From positions 154,256,001 through 154,320,000 of the forward strand of contig NC_086098.1 in assembly GCF_963921235.1 (NCBI RefSeq): DNA of 64,000 nucleotides. Direction: 5' to 3'. Position numbers and translations under genes: made by a program. Positions 50,986 through 61,940 of this stretch are shown in pieces. The notes beneath the pieces are model-generated. The model worked only from the letters and a program-made list of their open reading frames with translations. It was not told the DNA's origin and searched no databases. Positions within the stretch are counted from its first letter, which is position 1, and every line of letters begins with the position of its first letter. Source of the DNA: Mobula hypostoma. Taxonomy: Eukaryota.

Positions 50986-51885
50986 TTAAGATGTTGAAGA
51001 TGAAAGTTGATCCAGATAACTCTGGGCATCCGATGGAGAATCAAAAAAACGAAGGGCTCCATCTAACATGCGAATCCTTAGACGTGCAGGGTACAGCAGC
51101 GCTGGTCTTAAATCCATCTTATAGAATTCCGACATCACGGATCTGTAACGGACCCGTTGGTCCCAGATTGGTTTACTGAAATCTTCCACGAATCGGAACT
51201 TAAGATCCGAAAAATCAATGAAACCTTTAGATCGAGCGAATCGAAACAGTCTCTCCTTGTCTTGAAAGTAATGAAAACGTAAGATAACATGCCTAGGTCT
51301 ATCTGACCTAGACGAGTATGATGGGATTCTGTGAACACGATCCAGTAGCGGTGGTTGGTCAGGAAATACAGTAGGGAATGCATCTTTTAAAAGTTGGGAG
51401 AAATATTTCATAGGGTTGTTAGCTTCCACGGCTTCCCTGACGCCAATCATTCGTAAATTCTGCCGTCGCATTCTAGATTCCAAGTCAGAGTTTTTAAAAG
51501 TCAAAAAGTCAAGTTTCTTCTTCATTACATTAATTGTTTCTTCGACTTTCCCCAACTTAAGCTCACTTTGTTGCGCGGATTTTTGAAGACCAGATATAGC
51601 CGACTGATGTTCCGCAATACATGTTTGCATCTTATCAATTAAATCGGCAATTTTCTGGAACTTAGTTGAGATTTCCGTATGAATCAGGTCTTTAACAGAG
51701 CCCATAATTTCTGTACGAATCATCTCCCTAACAGAGGTTGAAATTTCCCTCTGAATTAACTCCGATATAGCTTTCAAAGTCACCGGTGATTCAGTCGGAG
51801 GGAGATCCGTAGCTTTCGGTTTAACCGGAGGTTTACCATCCTTGCCGTCTTTCCCGTTCTTAGACATAGCCGATCTCAGTATCAT
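50986..51885 (-). CDS. L1 ORF1p (coiled coil - RRM - CTD)
   Basis: Open 299-aa frame with a coiled-coil region, RRQNLRMIGVRE and HRIP...RPRHVILRFH motifs typical of L1 ORF1. Confidence 0.93.
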   Translation of the reverse strand: MILRSAMSKNGKDGKDGKPPVKPKATDLPPTESPVTLKAISELIQREISTSVREMIRTEIMGSVKDLIHTEISTKFQKIADLIDKMQTCIAEHQSAISGLQKSAQQSELKLGKVEETINVMKKKLDFLTFKNSDLESRMRRQNLRMIGVREAVEANNPMKYFSQLLKDAFPTVFPDQPPLLDRVHRIPSYSSRSDRPRHVILRFHYFQDKERLFRFARSKGFIDFSDLKFRFVEDFSKPIWDQRVRYRSVMSEFYKMDLRPALLYPARLRIRMLDGALRFFDSPSDAQSYLDQLSSSTS

Positions 51886-52039
51886 CCAATTGTCAGAGAA
51901 TTCAGTTTAATTCAAAGTATTGTAAAAATTGATGCCTTAATAGTTAATTAAAGTATAGCTGACCATAGAGAGAAAAAACTCAGAGGTAATGGAGCGAGTC
52001 AAGAACGCGACTTCACTCCATGAGCGCTACCGGAAGTCC

Positions 52040-52162
52040 CAAAGTCGAGAATGTTGTCAGCAGAAATGTTGCAGGTCAGATGTGCCCTCCCCCCTTCGGG
52101 CACTGTGAGATAACTGGGGGTTTGGTGAACTCGAATCCCTTCGGTGACACTTTGTGACCAGC
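52040..52162 (-). pseudogene. 5' half of the Ig V exon (strands A-B, first Cys)
   Basis: Acceptor tctactttctgcacag|GC, then WSQSVTEGIRVHQTPSYLTVPEGGRAHLTCNISADNILDF. Ends in the TSD copy 52040-52055. An in-frame ATG at 52211 gives a hydrophobic MNLVTFISVYVSTFCTG, a possible unspliced leader. Confidence 0.9.
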
Positions 52163-52998
52163 CTGTGCAGAAAGTAGATACATACACTGATATAAATGTA
52201 ACAAGATTCATGCTTACGAGACTCTACCGGAGGCTGTTAGTGTTGGAATAACCGAGGTTTGCTTGAGTTACCAGAGTCTGAAGCACCGATCACTGTTCAC
52301 CTTCTAAAGTTTTGGGGCGGATGTGGTTTCCGCAGATTCTGGCGCACTGCAGAGATAACCGCTGCTAAATAAGTTCATAAATGAGGTTCAATGAGCTGTT
52401 GACCTGCTTTCTGAAAGTAGCTTTCTCCATCGAAGTAGCAACGTGGGGCCCAAGTCTGCCAGTACCGCCCACTCCAGGGCGGCAAAGCAAAGCCTTAACT
52501 CGTTCCGCGCTGCGATTCATACTTACTTGTTAATCAGGTCATTGGAAAAGTTGTTTTTCTTCCAACACGCCTACTCTGAATATAAGCGGAGATAATCGAA
52601 TAAGTGATAACCACTACCAATGACATTGAAACTCACATGAGTGCATCTGCTGAAAACGATCGTGAACAACTTTTGCTCAAAAATACTGACAGAAGCCGAG
52701 CCCGGAGTTTGAACGTCACAGCATCATTACAAAACTGGGCTGGTCCTTTTGCAGAATCAGGCGCTGAAAGGTACGGTAAAACTCTGAAATCCAACATACA
52801 GCCATTCCGAATGCCGATAGTTTAGCATCTGCTTTGTCAACTCCATCCCAACACACAATGACGCCAGTCCTCGTGGTCTTTCCGACTCATCGAAACCACC
52901 CCGCCTTCCCCGCGCCCCTTTCCACCTCTCCTCTCTCTCTTTAAATCTATCTGACTCTTCCCCACAGCCCGAAGAAGAGTTTCTTTCTTCCGGTAAAT

Positions 52999-53079
52999 CA
53001 GGGGTTCCCAACCCTTTTTTATACCGTGGACTCCTTCCATTTACCGAGAGATCCGTGGACACCAGATTGGGAACCTCTG
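52999..53079. mobile_element. 81-bp hAT-type MITE
   Basis: TIRs caggggttcccaa / ttgggaacctctg; 8-bp flanks cggtaaat / ctctaaat (degenerate TSD). Confidence 0.7.
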
Positions 53080-53394
53080 CTCTAAATCATTTGTATACTT
53101 TATGCCAGCACGGATCCCTGCGACAGCTGATTGGTCATAGGTTGACAACCTGAAATTATCCTTCGTTTTCGATAATTACTGTTTCCTGCGCGTTAGCCAA
53201 TACTGTATCACGCCAATACATTACTTCTGCCAACAGGCACCGTTATCCTTTTGAGGAATATTGGAAGTCCAAATACTTTCACTTATCCCCTTCTATCTCC
53301 TATGTTGAACCCTACAGCCTCAATGATATAACTACCTCAATAATTAATTCTATCCTTATATTTCTTACCACGAGTGCCAGGCTAATTCGCCTTC

Positions 53395-53900
53395 ACCATG
53401 AAGTTTACCATGATTGAGACAAGGAGCCACACTCAGGTTGGAGGAACAACACCTTACATTCCGTCTGGGTAGCCTCCAACCTGATGGCATGAACATTGAC
53501 TTCTCTAACTTCCGCTAATGCCCCTCCTCCCCTTCTTACCCCATCCCTTATTTATTTATATATTCCCCGCCTTTTTTTCTCTCTCGCTCTCTTCTTCCTC
53601 TGTCCCTCTCACTATAACTTCTTGCCTGCTCTCCATCTTCTTCTGGACTCCCCTGCCCTTTTCTTTCTCCCTAGGCTTCCCGTCCCATGATCTTCACATA
53701 GCCCTTTTGCCAATCAACTTTCGAGCTGTTAGCTCCATCCCTCCCCCTCCTGTCTTCTCCTATGATTTTGGATCTCTCCTCCCCTTCCCACTTTCAAATC
53801 ACTTACTACTTCTTCGTTCAGTTAGTCCTGGCGAACGTCGACTGTACCTCTTCCTATAGATGCTGCCTGGCCTGCTGCATTCCACCAGCGTTTTGACGAT
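53395..53900 (+). mobile_element. Penelope-like 3' fragment
   Basis: Same sequence family as 43460-43980. Confidence 0.75.
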
Positions 53901-54049
53901 AGCAACGCTTGCTTTATTCACCACACAAATTCAGTAGTTTATACTCTTCAATGCCTAATTGCTTATCCTCAGATTTATTGAAATGAACTCTCAATAAAGC
54001 ACAAATTCTGTTGATGAGAATGTATAAGAAAATAATAATATTTCAAAGC

Positions 54050-54720
54050 GACGGGAGGAGAAGATGGCGGTGCGACGCAGCGTACGCGGTCTCTCCGGTA
54101 ATGAGTATCTGTAATCTGTCAAGTAAAATGCTGATTTGATGGAAGCAGATGTGAGAGCACAGAGAAACATCTGGTGAAACTTCTGAAATGCCTGTTTCGC
54201 TGCCGCCGCTACTGTGTGATCTGAAGTCTCCGGATGGGAAGGCCCCGAATCCTTGGCTTTGAATGTTGCTTGGTGGCCGGGGACGGGGTCGAAGCGCTGG
54301 GCAGAGATGGTGCTTGGTGCTCGGTGTCGGAGGGCTGGTCGGAGGCTCGAAGTTTTTGGAAAAACTCAGAGTCGGACTGTGGTCGGGTGCTTCCAGGATG
54401 CTGCATCGGCAAGTTTGCGGCGCTGGAAGTTCATGGCAGGGAGAGTTTTTCCCTTCTACCGTCTGCGTGAGATGTTGGAGCTATCGGGACTTAGAGACTT
54501 TTTTTTTACCGTGCCCATGGTCTGCACTTCATCAAATTACGGTATTGCTTTGCACTGTTGTAACTATATGTTATAATTATGTGTTTTTGTCAGTTTTAGT
54601 CTTGGTCTGTCCTGAGTTTCTGTGTTCTCATACTGGAGGAACAATGTATCATTTTTTAATACATGCATTACTAAATGACAATAAACGAGGACTGAGTGTC
54701 CTCATAATCTAATCTAATCT
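54050..54720 (+). mobile_element. Non-autonomous retroposon with GC-rich head and (aatct)n tail
   Basis: Starts ggaggagaagatggcgg; ends gacaataaa...aatctaatctaatct, resembling the Rex1-type tail at 15150-15170. Confidence 0.5.
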
Positions 54721-55565
54721 GGAAACGCTTCATGTTTAAAGTCCTCAGGTATGGATCATCGGCAGCAGTTGCAACCAATTGGTGGTGTGCGGATGACCCG
54801 GGTGTTCTGTAAACAGGACGTGAACCTTTGACAAATTGTTCATAAAACGGACATAAAACGATTAGGTAAACATTATAGATATATTTGCAGATGCGCTGCA
54901 TTTTTGTCACATATTTAAATATCCCATCTTTTCCACACACATTATTCAACAAAGAGGGAGTAGTTTAAGAATATATGAGGAAAAGTAACTAAATGTATTT
55001 TATAATTTTTTGTCTTATCGGGCTTGGTATAGGGTACAGTAGAAGGCACAATGTTATGAAGAAATAGGAATGGTTTGAAGGGGACCCGAGGGGCAGATAT
55101 TTCATACAGAGAATGGTGGTAAAAGAAACGAGCTGTCAGAAGGATGGCAGTGGTGGGTCAAATGACAACGTTTAAAAGAAATTTGGACATGTCATAGATA
55201 GGAAACCTTTAGTGGGAATGTGGGCCGAAGGCAGACAAGTGAGATTAACAGACAGGCATCTTGGTCGGCAGAGATGCGTTGGGCCTAAGGGCCTGCTTTC
55301 ATTCTGTATACCTCAACGATGCCATAATAAAATTATCTGTGAACTTTGTACTTTTGTTATTGATGCTGCAGTAGTTTGCACATGTTTTCTCTTCTTTCAA
55401 ATATTTGTCATCTTCTTCAGCATGCCCTCAGGATTGATGATGACTGACATTCTAGTTCTGTGGGTTCTATCATGGCGACTGGGGCTAATGTGATTCCGAA
55501 GACTTCCATAGAGGGGCAGGAGGTTGGATAGTTTCTGATTCCTTTCGCACCTCCTGCAGTGTTTC

Positions 55566-56891
55566 TGTCATGGTCCTGTCCATGAAATCTGCATTCCGGT
55601 TCACGGATCGGTCCATATTCCTTATTCCAGGTTTTCCCGTTTTTCCCAGTTTCTATTGAGGCAGCTGATTCTCATTTGGGCTGGCTTCATAAATACCTTC
55701 AGGATTCAGCCTCTGGCTGCTGGATTGTTCCTCTCCATACCTCCTGTCTGAATCCCTTCTGCTCCCCTTCCTTCTGTTGCCTCACCTCGTCTGAAGCATT
55801 GCCTCACCTTGCCTCGTCTGAAGCCTTGCCTCGTCTGAAGGCTTGCCTCACCTTGCCTCATCTGAAGCCTTGCCTTGCCTGTAACCCTCGCCTGCACCGC
55901 TGTCTGGTTCGATCGCCGGAGCTAGATAAGGAACTGTCTATCGTTGTTTTGAACTGTCTCTGTATCCACGCCTTCGCTAGGTAGGTCCGGCCGTCTGCCG
56001 CTACCTTGTGTTATGAACCGTCTCGTCGTATTCTGCATGCTGTGTAATGAGTCCCGGCCCTACGTCCTGTACCCATGGAGGGGTCCCAGCTCTGTGTTCC
56101 ATATTCCGGTCTCTCCGTTGACCAAGGCTCTGCGTTTCTGTCTCTCCCTCGACCAAGTCAAGGCTTCGGGCTCTCGTCCAGTCCTAGCCACGATCCAAGA
56201 ACCTTGTCTTGTCCAAACTACAGCTTTGTGTTCTTGTCTTGTCCATGTGTCTCGCCCAGCCCAGGAGTACCTTGCCAAGCCCGGTGCTGGGGTTCCCCCG
56301 TCCTATGCTGGGGTTCCCTTGTTCTGTCCAGGAGTCCACGTCCAGTCCTGTTGCCACTCCTCATCCTGGAGCCACGTCTTGTCCTCGACTAGTTCTGGAG
56401 TCCGAGCCCGAGTCAAGTCCCAGGTTCTGGGTCCTTGCGCAGTCTCTGGCTCGGAGCCCATACCCAAGCCTCGAAGTACCCTAGCCTCAAAGAACCCAAG
56501 CCTGTCATATCTTCACCTAGATCTGGGGTCTGAACCCGAGTCAAGACCCAGGTTTCAGGTCCTTGTCCAGTCTCTGCCTCGGAGTCCAACTCCAGGCTCC
56601 TAGTTCCAAGTTCCATGTCCTGGTTCCACTATCCTAGTCAAGTCCTTGCCCAGGCCCTGGATCCTTGTCTCGTCCAGGGCCCGTGTCATGTCCAGCGTCC
56701 TTTCTTACCCACTTCCCTTGCTTCCTTGATTAACCTAGTCCTAGCCCAAGTCTGTGTTCTTGTCCCAGCTCCTAGTCTGCTTCTAGTCTCGTCTCTAATC
56801 TCTAGCCATGTCCAGTTCCTTGTACTTCAGTGTCTGTGACTTGCATTTGTGTCCATTCCCAGCATCCCCCCCCCCCCACCCACCCATGACA
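55566..56891 (+). mobile_element. Solo-LTR-like element (TGTCATG...CATGACA), 1326 bp
   Basis: Perfect 5-bp TSD gtttc on both sides; many short internal degenerate repeats; same family as 35988-36997. Confidence 0.82.
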
Positions 56892-58825
56892 GTTTCTGTA
56901 TATTCCTGCTTCATAGTCTGGAGGTTCTCAGTACCATCCAAATGCTTTTTTTTTTCACTTTGAATGGTCCCCAGGATATGGATCCCCAGGAGTTACTAGA
57001 AATGCTGGATTGATTCAGAAGGTGTTCTGGGCTTCCATCAAGAAGCTTTGATCACATTATTTAATCATTTTACCTATCTGCCTGGTAACTTCTTTCTGCG
57101 ACAGAGCTCAGATTAGAATGAATTACAAAGTTTGTGGAGGAAGTCAGTTGGGCGGGCAGCATCTGTGGAGGTGGGTGAGTTGGTCCACTTTTCACTTGGA
57201 GACCATACCTCAGCTTCCACTGATGCTGCTAACAGACTGCGTTCCTCCTGCAGTTAATTTTTCTGCTCCAGGTTCCAGCACCTGCAGTTTCTTATGTCTT
57301 CTTAGAAAAGAAGGTCAGTTTAAGAACTCCAATATGCGGCATATGAGCGAATTCACCTGTGTATTAATTCAGACTAAAAGTTACTCGAAGCTGCATGCTG
57401 GTCCCTTGGTATATTCATCATTTTGGTCATTTTGGAGGGTTCTATGGAGGCAGAGCTGTTGACATATCTTCAGTGTTTTGAAATCCGTGCTGTAGGTAGT
57501 CCATATTGCAGAAAAATCCAAGAAGGCAAGGACCTCTGAAGTCCTGTAGATCATGAGTTTAGCGTCAGGTCTGCCGTCTTAATTGTAAAGGAACACACCA
57601 CATGCAGCAGAAACTTAGCAGGTCAGGCATTATCAATGGATGTGAATTATTTTCAAATATCCTTTTCTTTAATCAATCAAAGGCTGTGTCTGGACAATAA
57701 AGGTGGCGGTCCTGACGAAGGGTCTCGGCCTGAAACGTCGACTGCGCCTCTTCCTATAGATGCTGCTTGGCCTGCTGCGTTCACCAGCAACTTTGATGTG
57801 TGTTGGCGGTAAATTTATGTTTGCCTTTACATTTAAGAAGCTTTCCTGCTTCTACAAGAACCCATTCAATCATGTTACTGTGGAATCACTACCAGAAGGA
57901 TCTTGGACTGAAGTGTCGACTGTTCATTTCCCTCCATAGATGCTGTCTGTCGTGTTGAATTCCTTCAGCACTTTGTGCATTCAATTCAGTTCAACTAAAT
58001 TGAAGTTTAATTGTCATTCGACCATAGATGAACACTCATGAATGCAACAAAACGAGACAGTGTTACTCCTGGTCAAGATGAAAAACACAGTACCAACAGT
58101 CGCACACATAGCGCATATAAGACAGAAAGATACAGCCACTCAGTAAGCGAGTCCTAACTCAGGCCATCCAATGCGGCCGAAAGCTGCAGAGGGCAACAAT
58201 ACAGCTTGTCTTCTGCTCAGCGAACACTGGGGAGCGGGGGAAGGGGTGAGAACCATCTCCAGCCTGGACGCCACACCACATTGCCTCTGGTGGAGTGACC
58301 CACCTCCAGCGCCTCTCCCTGGCAGCTGTAAACAGGCAATAGCACGGCTTGAGGCCTAGTCCTGGCACATAGAAGGCAGCTGCACCTCACCTCCCGTGGT
58401 GGAGCGCACTGGCTCCGACGCTTCTCTTCTGGCGACTGTAAACAGGTGACACCGCAGCTTGAGACCCAGCCCCCATAACGACCGAGGAGACGTACTCAGC
58501 CGCCGTCCGCCCCTGCTCTCCAATAAATCAGAGAGTCAAACATGCAGCATTCCACATTAACTATATTCAAGTGTGTCTTGCCATCCCCAGCAAAAGTGAC
58601 CAAGGCAGTCACTCGCTATTAGACTGTAAACCTCTTTAAATTCAGGCAGCAGCACGATGCACCGCTCTTTCACTTTCTCCGCCAATGAGCAACTAGCTGA
58701 TGGGGTAGGCCTGAAGTACTTCCAATTTCTTAATATTCAGCAGCGTCTTGCGCTCGTTCAAATATGTTTAAATACGACAGGAGCACCTTTGTTGACTGCG
58801 GAGAAGCCGCTGCGACCAAACGTGC

Positions 58826-58847
58826 TACCATCTTACCGGAAGTAGTA
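58826..58847 (-). promoter_or_regulatory. ETS plus YY1-like promoter motif in a CpG-containing unique patch
   Basis: Minus strand reads actacttccggtaagatggtag. Function is unproven. Confidence 0.3.
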
Positions 58848-59769
58848 TTTGCTCAAGATGTCGTGAATCTGTGGAATCTCTTTTATCTCTGTACATTCTA
58901 TTTGCCTCTTTGTGATGCTCAATTACAGTGCTGCAATTCTCTCTTAGAATTAGCGTACGTATGTTGTAAATGATTCAACATGGAACAGGGCAGGAAGATC
59001 AACGAGTTAAATGAATGGTCATTTTTTCTGGCGTGAGTTTGCATTGAATTATCAGCAATTGCTCTCTCCACAGACGCTACTTCATCATTCCGTTATTTGC
59101 TCGTAGCATTCATGATTACCAGTGTTGTTAATAATTTGATATCAGAACACAGAGCATCCACCTGGATACTCCCCTGGAAGAAATTACTATACTCTTCCGA
59201 AAAAAAAGTGTTGCCCAGTGTAAACCAGGGTCCTGAGGCTGCATCAATAAAGGTGCATTTAGGGAATGACAGATAGTGTAAATGTAATTGTTTTTGCACA
59301 TTTAAATTGCAATAATGTTGCTTTTATAATATATATAACAACGTCACCTGAGAAAACAAGAACAGAAGCAATAATAGGAGTAGGCCATTGAACTCCTCGT
59401 GCTTTATCTGTAATTCAATAAGTTGATGGCTCCTTCTTTTCCACAGTGCATTATGCTATGTAGACCATATATCCCTTGATTCACCTGATATACATTAATC
59501 AGCTCATCGACAGGTTGAATACACCCAGTAACGGTCCCTCCATTGCCCATTGGAGCAGGGAATTCCAAAGATGTTTCATGTATTCTTGTGTTCTCATCGC
59601 AACTAGATTAATTTTCCATCGTCCTGCATGATTATTTTAAATGATTATATTAGATCATTAAAGCTGGTGTGGCTTGTCTGACCATATTGTTAACTGATAA
59701 GATTTTACTACTTATGTGTCCATAAGTGGTACAATCGGGTGTGTGTATGTGTGTGTGTGTCCTTTTAAA

Positions 59770-60300
59770 CGTCTCTTAAAAGTCCCTAATATATTTGCCT
59801 CTACCACTGCCTCAGGCAGTGCATTCCAGAAGCTCACCATTCTCTGTATACGGAAACTTGCCCCTCACATCTCCTTTGAACTTACACCATCTCACCTTAA
59901 ATGCATGCCCTCTGGTATTAGACATTTCAACCCTGGGAAAAAGATACCGTCTCTCTACTCTGTCTATGCCTCTCATAATCTTATAACCCTCTATTAGATC
60001 TCCCCTCAGCCTCCGCCACTCTAGTGAAAACAACCCAATTTTCCCAAACTCTCAATATTATACTTGCCCTCTAATCCAGGCAGCATCTTGTTAAATGTCT
60101 TCCGCATCCCCTCCAAAGCCTCCACATCCTTCAAATATTGGTGCAAGCAGAACTGTCTGCAGTAGCCCAGATGCGGAGTTTTATAAAGTTTTAATATAGT
60201 TTTCTCACTTTTGAGCTCAATGTCTCGACTAATAAAAGTAAGCTTATCATGTGATTTCTTAACCATCCTATCCATCTGTGTAGCCATTTACAGGCAGCTA
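59770..60300 (-). mobile_element. CR1 3' fragment
   Basis: FSLEWRRLRGDLIEGYKIMRG and LKLYKTPHLGYC peptides. Confidence 0.8.
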
Positions 60301-60792
60301 TGGACTAGGACCTCATGATCCTTGTGCTCATCAGCAATATTAATGTAATGAGCTCTCCGGGTTGTACAGGTTGTCACGGTCCTGATCGTTAATTCCCTAT
60401 CTTTCTCCTAATTTCCTTTCATTGTGTCACGGTTCCGACCATTAATTTCCCATTTGCTTCTTATTCTCTTTGATGACGGCACACCTGGCTTCTATCAAGG
60501 CCTGCATCATAATAACCCTGGCGTTACAACCACTAGTCGCCAGATCGTTGGTTTTCCCTGTGTGGTAATTAACGTTTCCCGGCCACTTAGGACAGTGCGT
60601 TCTAAGTTCTGCTCCATTTTAAAGATTTACCTATGAAACTCCATCTCTTTGTGTCAAAGCTCCGTGTCAATATCCCTCCTACTTGCTGTTCAACGTTCAC
60701 GTCCGCCTAAGCATCCTAACTCAATCTCCCTGCCTGTATCCTGCACTTGTGTTCGCTTAATTCGCTCATTGCAACAAAATGATCTGGTCGCA

Positions 60793-61829
60793 ATGGACTC
60801 AATGGACACGAATGCCCTGCAACAAGCCCTCGCCAGCCAGGGCTCCCTACTGGCTCTGCACGATCAACCTCTCCGGGATGTCATGGAGAACCTCTGTTCC
60901 CTGTCTGCTAATGTAACGAAGATCCGTGACCAGGTGAACCGTATACCACTCATTTTACCCCATCCACTCCTGGAACTCTGTCTAACCAGCCCAGACATCC
61001 TATAGTGGCAACTCCCTAAGTGTCAGCAACACCTCCGCCAAGAGAGCCGCACGTACCTGAAACAGAACACTACGCTGGGGATTTGGGGAAGTGCCGGGCC
61101 TTCCTTCTGCAATGCTCCTTGGTGTCAGAACAGCATTAATCCATGTACTCCACCTACATGTCAAAGATAGCTTATATCATGTGGTTGTTGCGGGTAAGTG
61201 CCTTAGCGTGGGCTACAGCTGTTTGGGATGATCAACCGGATATCTGATCTTCTTTCTCCACCTTTATCGAGGAAATGAGAAAGATCTTTGACCACCCCGT
61301 CCGTGGTAAAGGTGCCGCTATGTGTCTACTTACTTGCCGTCAGGGCTCCCGCAGTGTTGCCAAATATTTTGTGCAGTTCCGGACGTTAGCGGCCGACTCG
61401 GGGTGGAACGTTGGGGAACTCCAAGGGGTAGTTCGGAATGGTCTCAGCGACATGGTGAAAGACGAATTGGCGGCAAGAGATGACACCGACAGCCTGGATT
61501 CCTTGACCTCCCTAGCTACCAGTTTGGACAATCATCGTCGAGAACGCCATCGGGAAAGAATTGGTCGTCCACCACTTTTGGCCATTCCAAGGGACTCATT
61601 ACCGTCTCCCACCAGCACATGCCTCTCTTCTCCTCCTACTCCTAGAATAGCTCCCAGCCCGGCCGTTTCCGCCGCCCCGGGAGAGGAACCCATGCAGCTG
61701 GGACTGAACCGTCCTTCTCCCACACAGCGACTCCAGAGATTGAGAGTCGGGGAGTGTCTCTATTGTGGCCAGTCCGGCCACTTTCTTGCTTTCTGTTCCT
61801 ATCGGCCAAAAGGGAAGGTTCACCAGTAG
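60793..61829 (+). pseudogene. Gypsy gag (PEG10/sushi-like) with stops and frameshifts
   Basis: MDSMDTNALQQAL...; EPMQLG; CLYCGQSGHFLAFC knuckle. Confidence 0.82.
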
Positions 61830-61940
61830 AAAGGGGGTCCTGGTGAGCCAGACAACATTTTCTTCCATTCCCCGAACCTGGATGCAGATCCAAGCTACTT
61901 TACGTTACAACCAAAAGTCCCTGCCTCTGTCTGGTTTTGC

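Larger units (their letters stand above)
46131..52039 (-). mobile_element. Full-length, apparently intact L1 (fish-type LINE-1), about 5.9 kb
   Basis: Perfect TSD caaagtcgagaatgtt at 46115-46130 and 52040-52055; A-rich tail aataaaaagatttaaaaagaaaag; two uninterrupted ORFs; inter-ORF spacer of about 0.7 kb. Confidence 0.97.
35323..52211 (-). pseudogene. Multi-exon IgSF receptor gene (VJ-type Ig domain - TM - tyrosine-motif tail; CD28/CTLA-4/PD-1/NKp30-like), disrupted in this sequence by an L1 insertion in the V exon
   Basis: Four exons with canonical AG/GT sites and compatible phases (V 1-1, TM 1-1, cyt1 1-0, cyt2 0-stop), all in non-repeat islands. Reconstructed protein: GWSQSVTEGIRVHQTPSYLTVPEGGRAHLTCNISADNILDFVVNWLHRSEKSTNQTYIIYMNNVYKRNLSTEVENTNQQSIIRSELSINNLQQEDSGIYYCELMTLNPPSTGGFMGNGSRLIVT-G-SDFQTNKFQWLYLLMGMLLPVILLLAARRWNAK-Q-IQSIVHGNSAPATTLQ-EISGPERSMYATLSSATVAEASHNAALEVVYSHPVIKNTTHISAETVCCLTQ*. 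The leader exon was not firmly located. Confidence 0.85.

Noticed and set aside
45866-52162. Rearranging TCR or Ig V segment
   Set aside because: The J-like G strand is germline-joined in the same exon, no heptamer/nonamer RSS follows the YYC, and the next exon is TM rather than a C domain.
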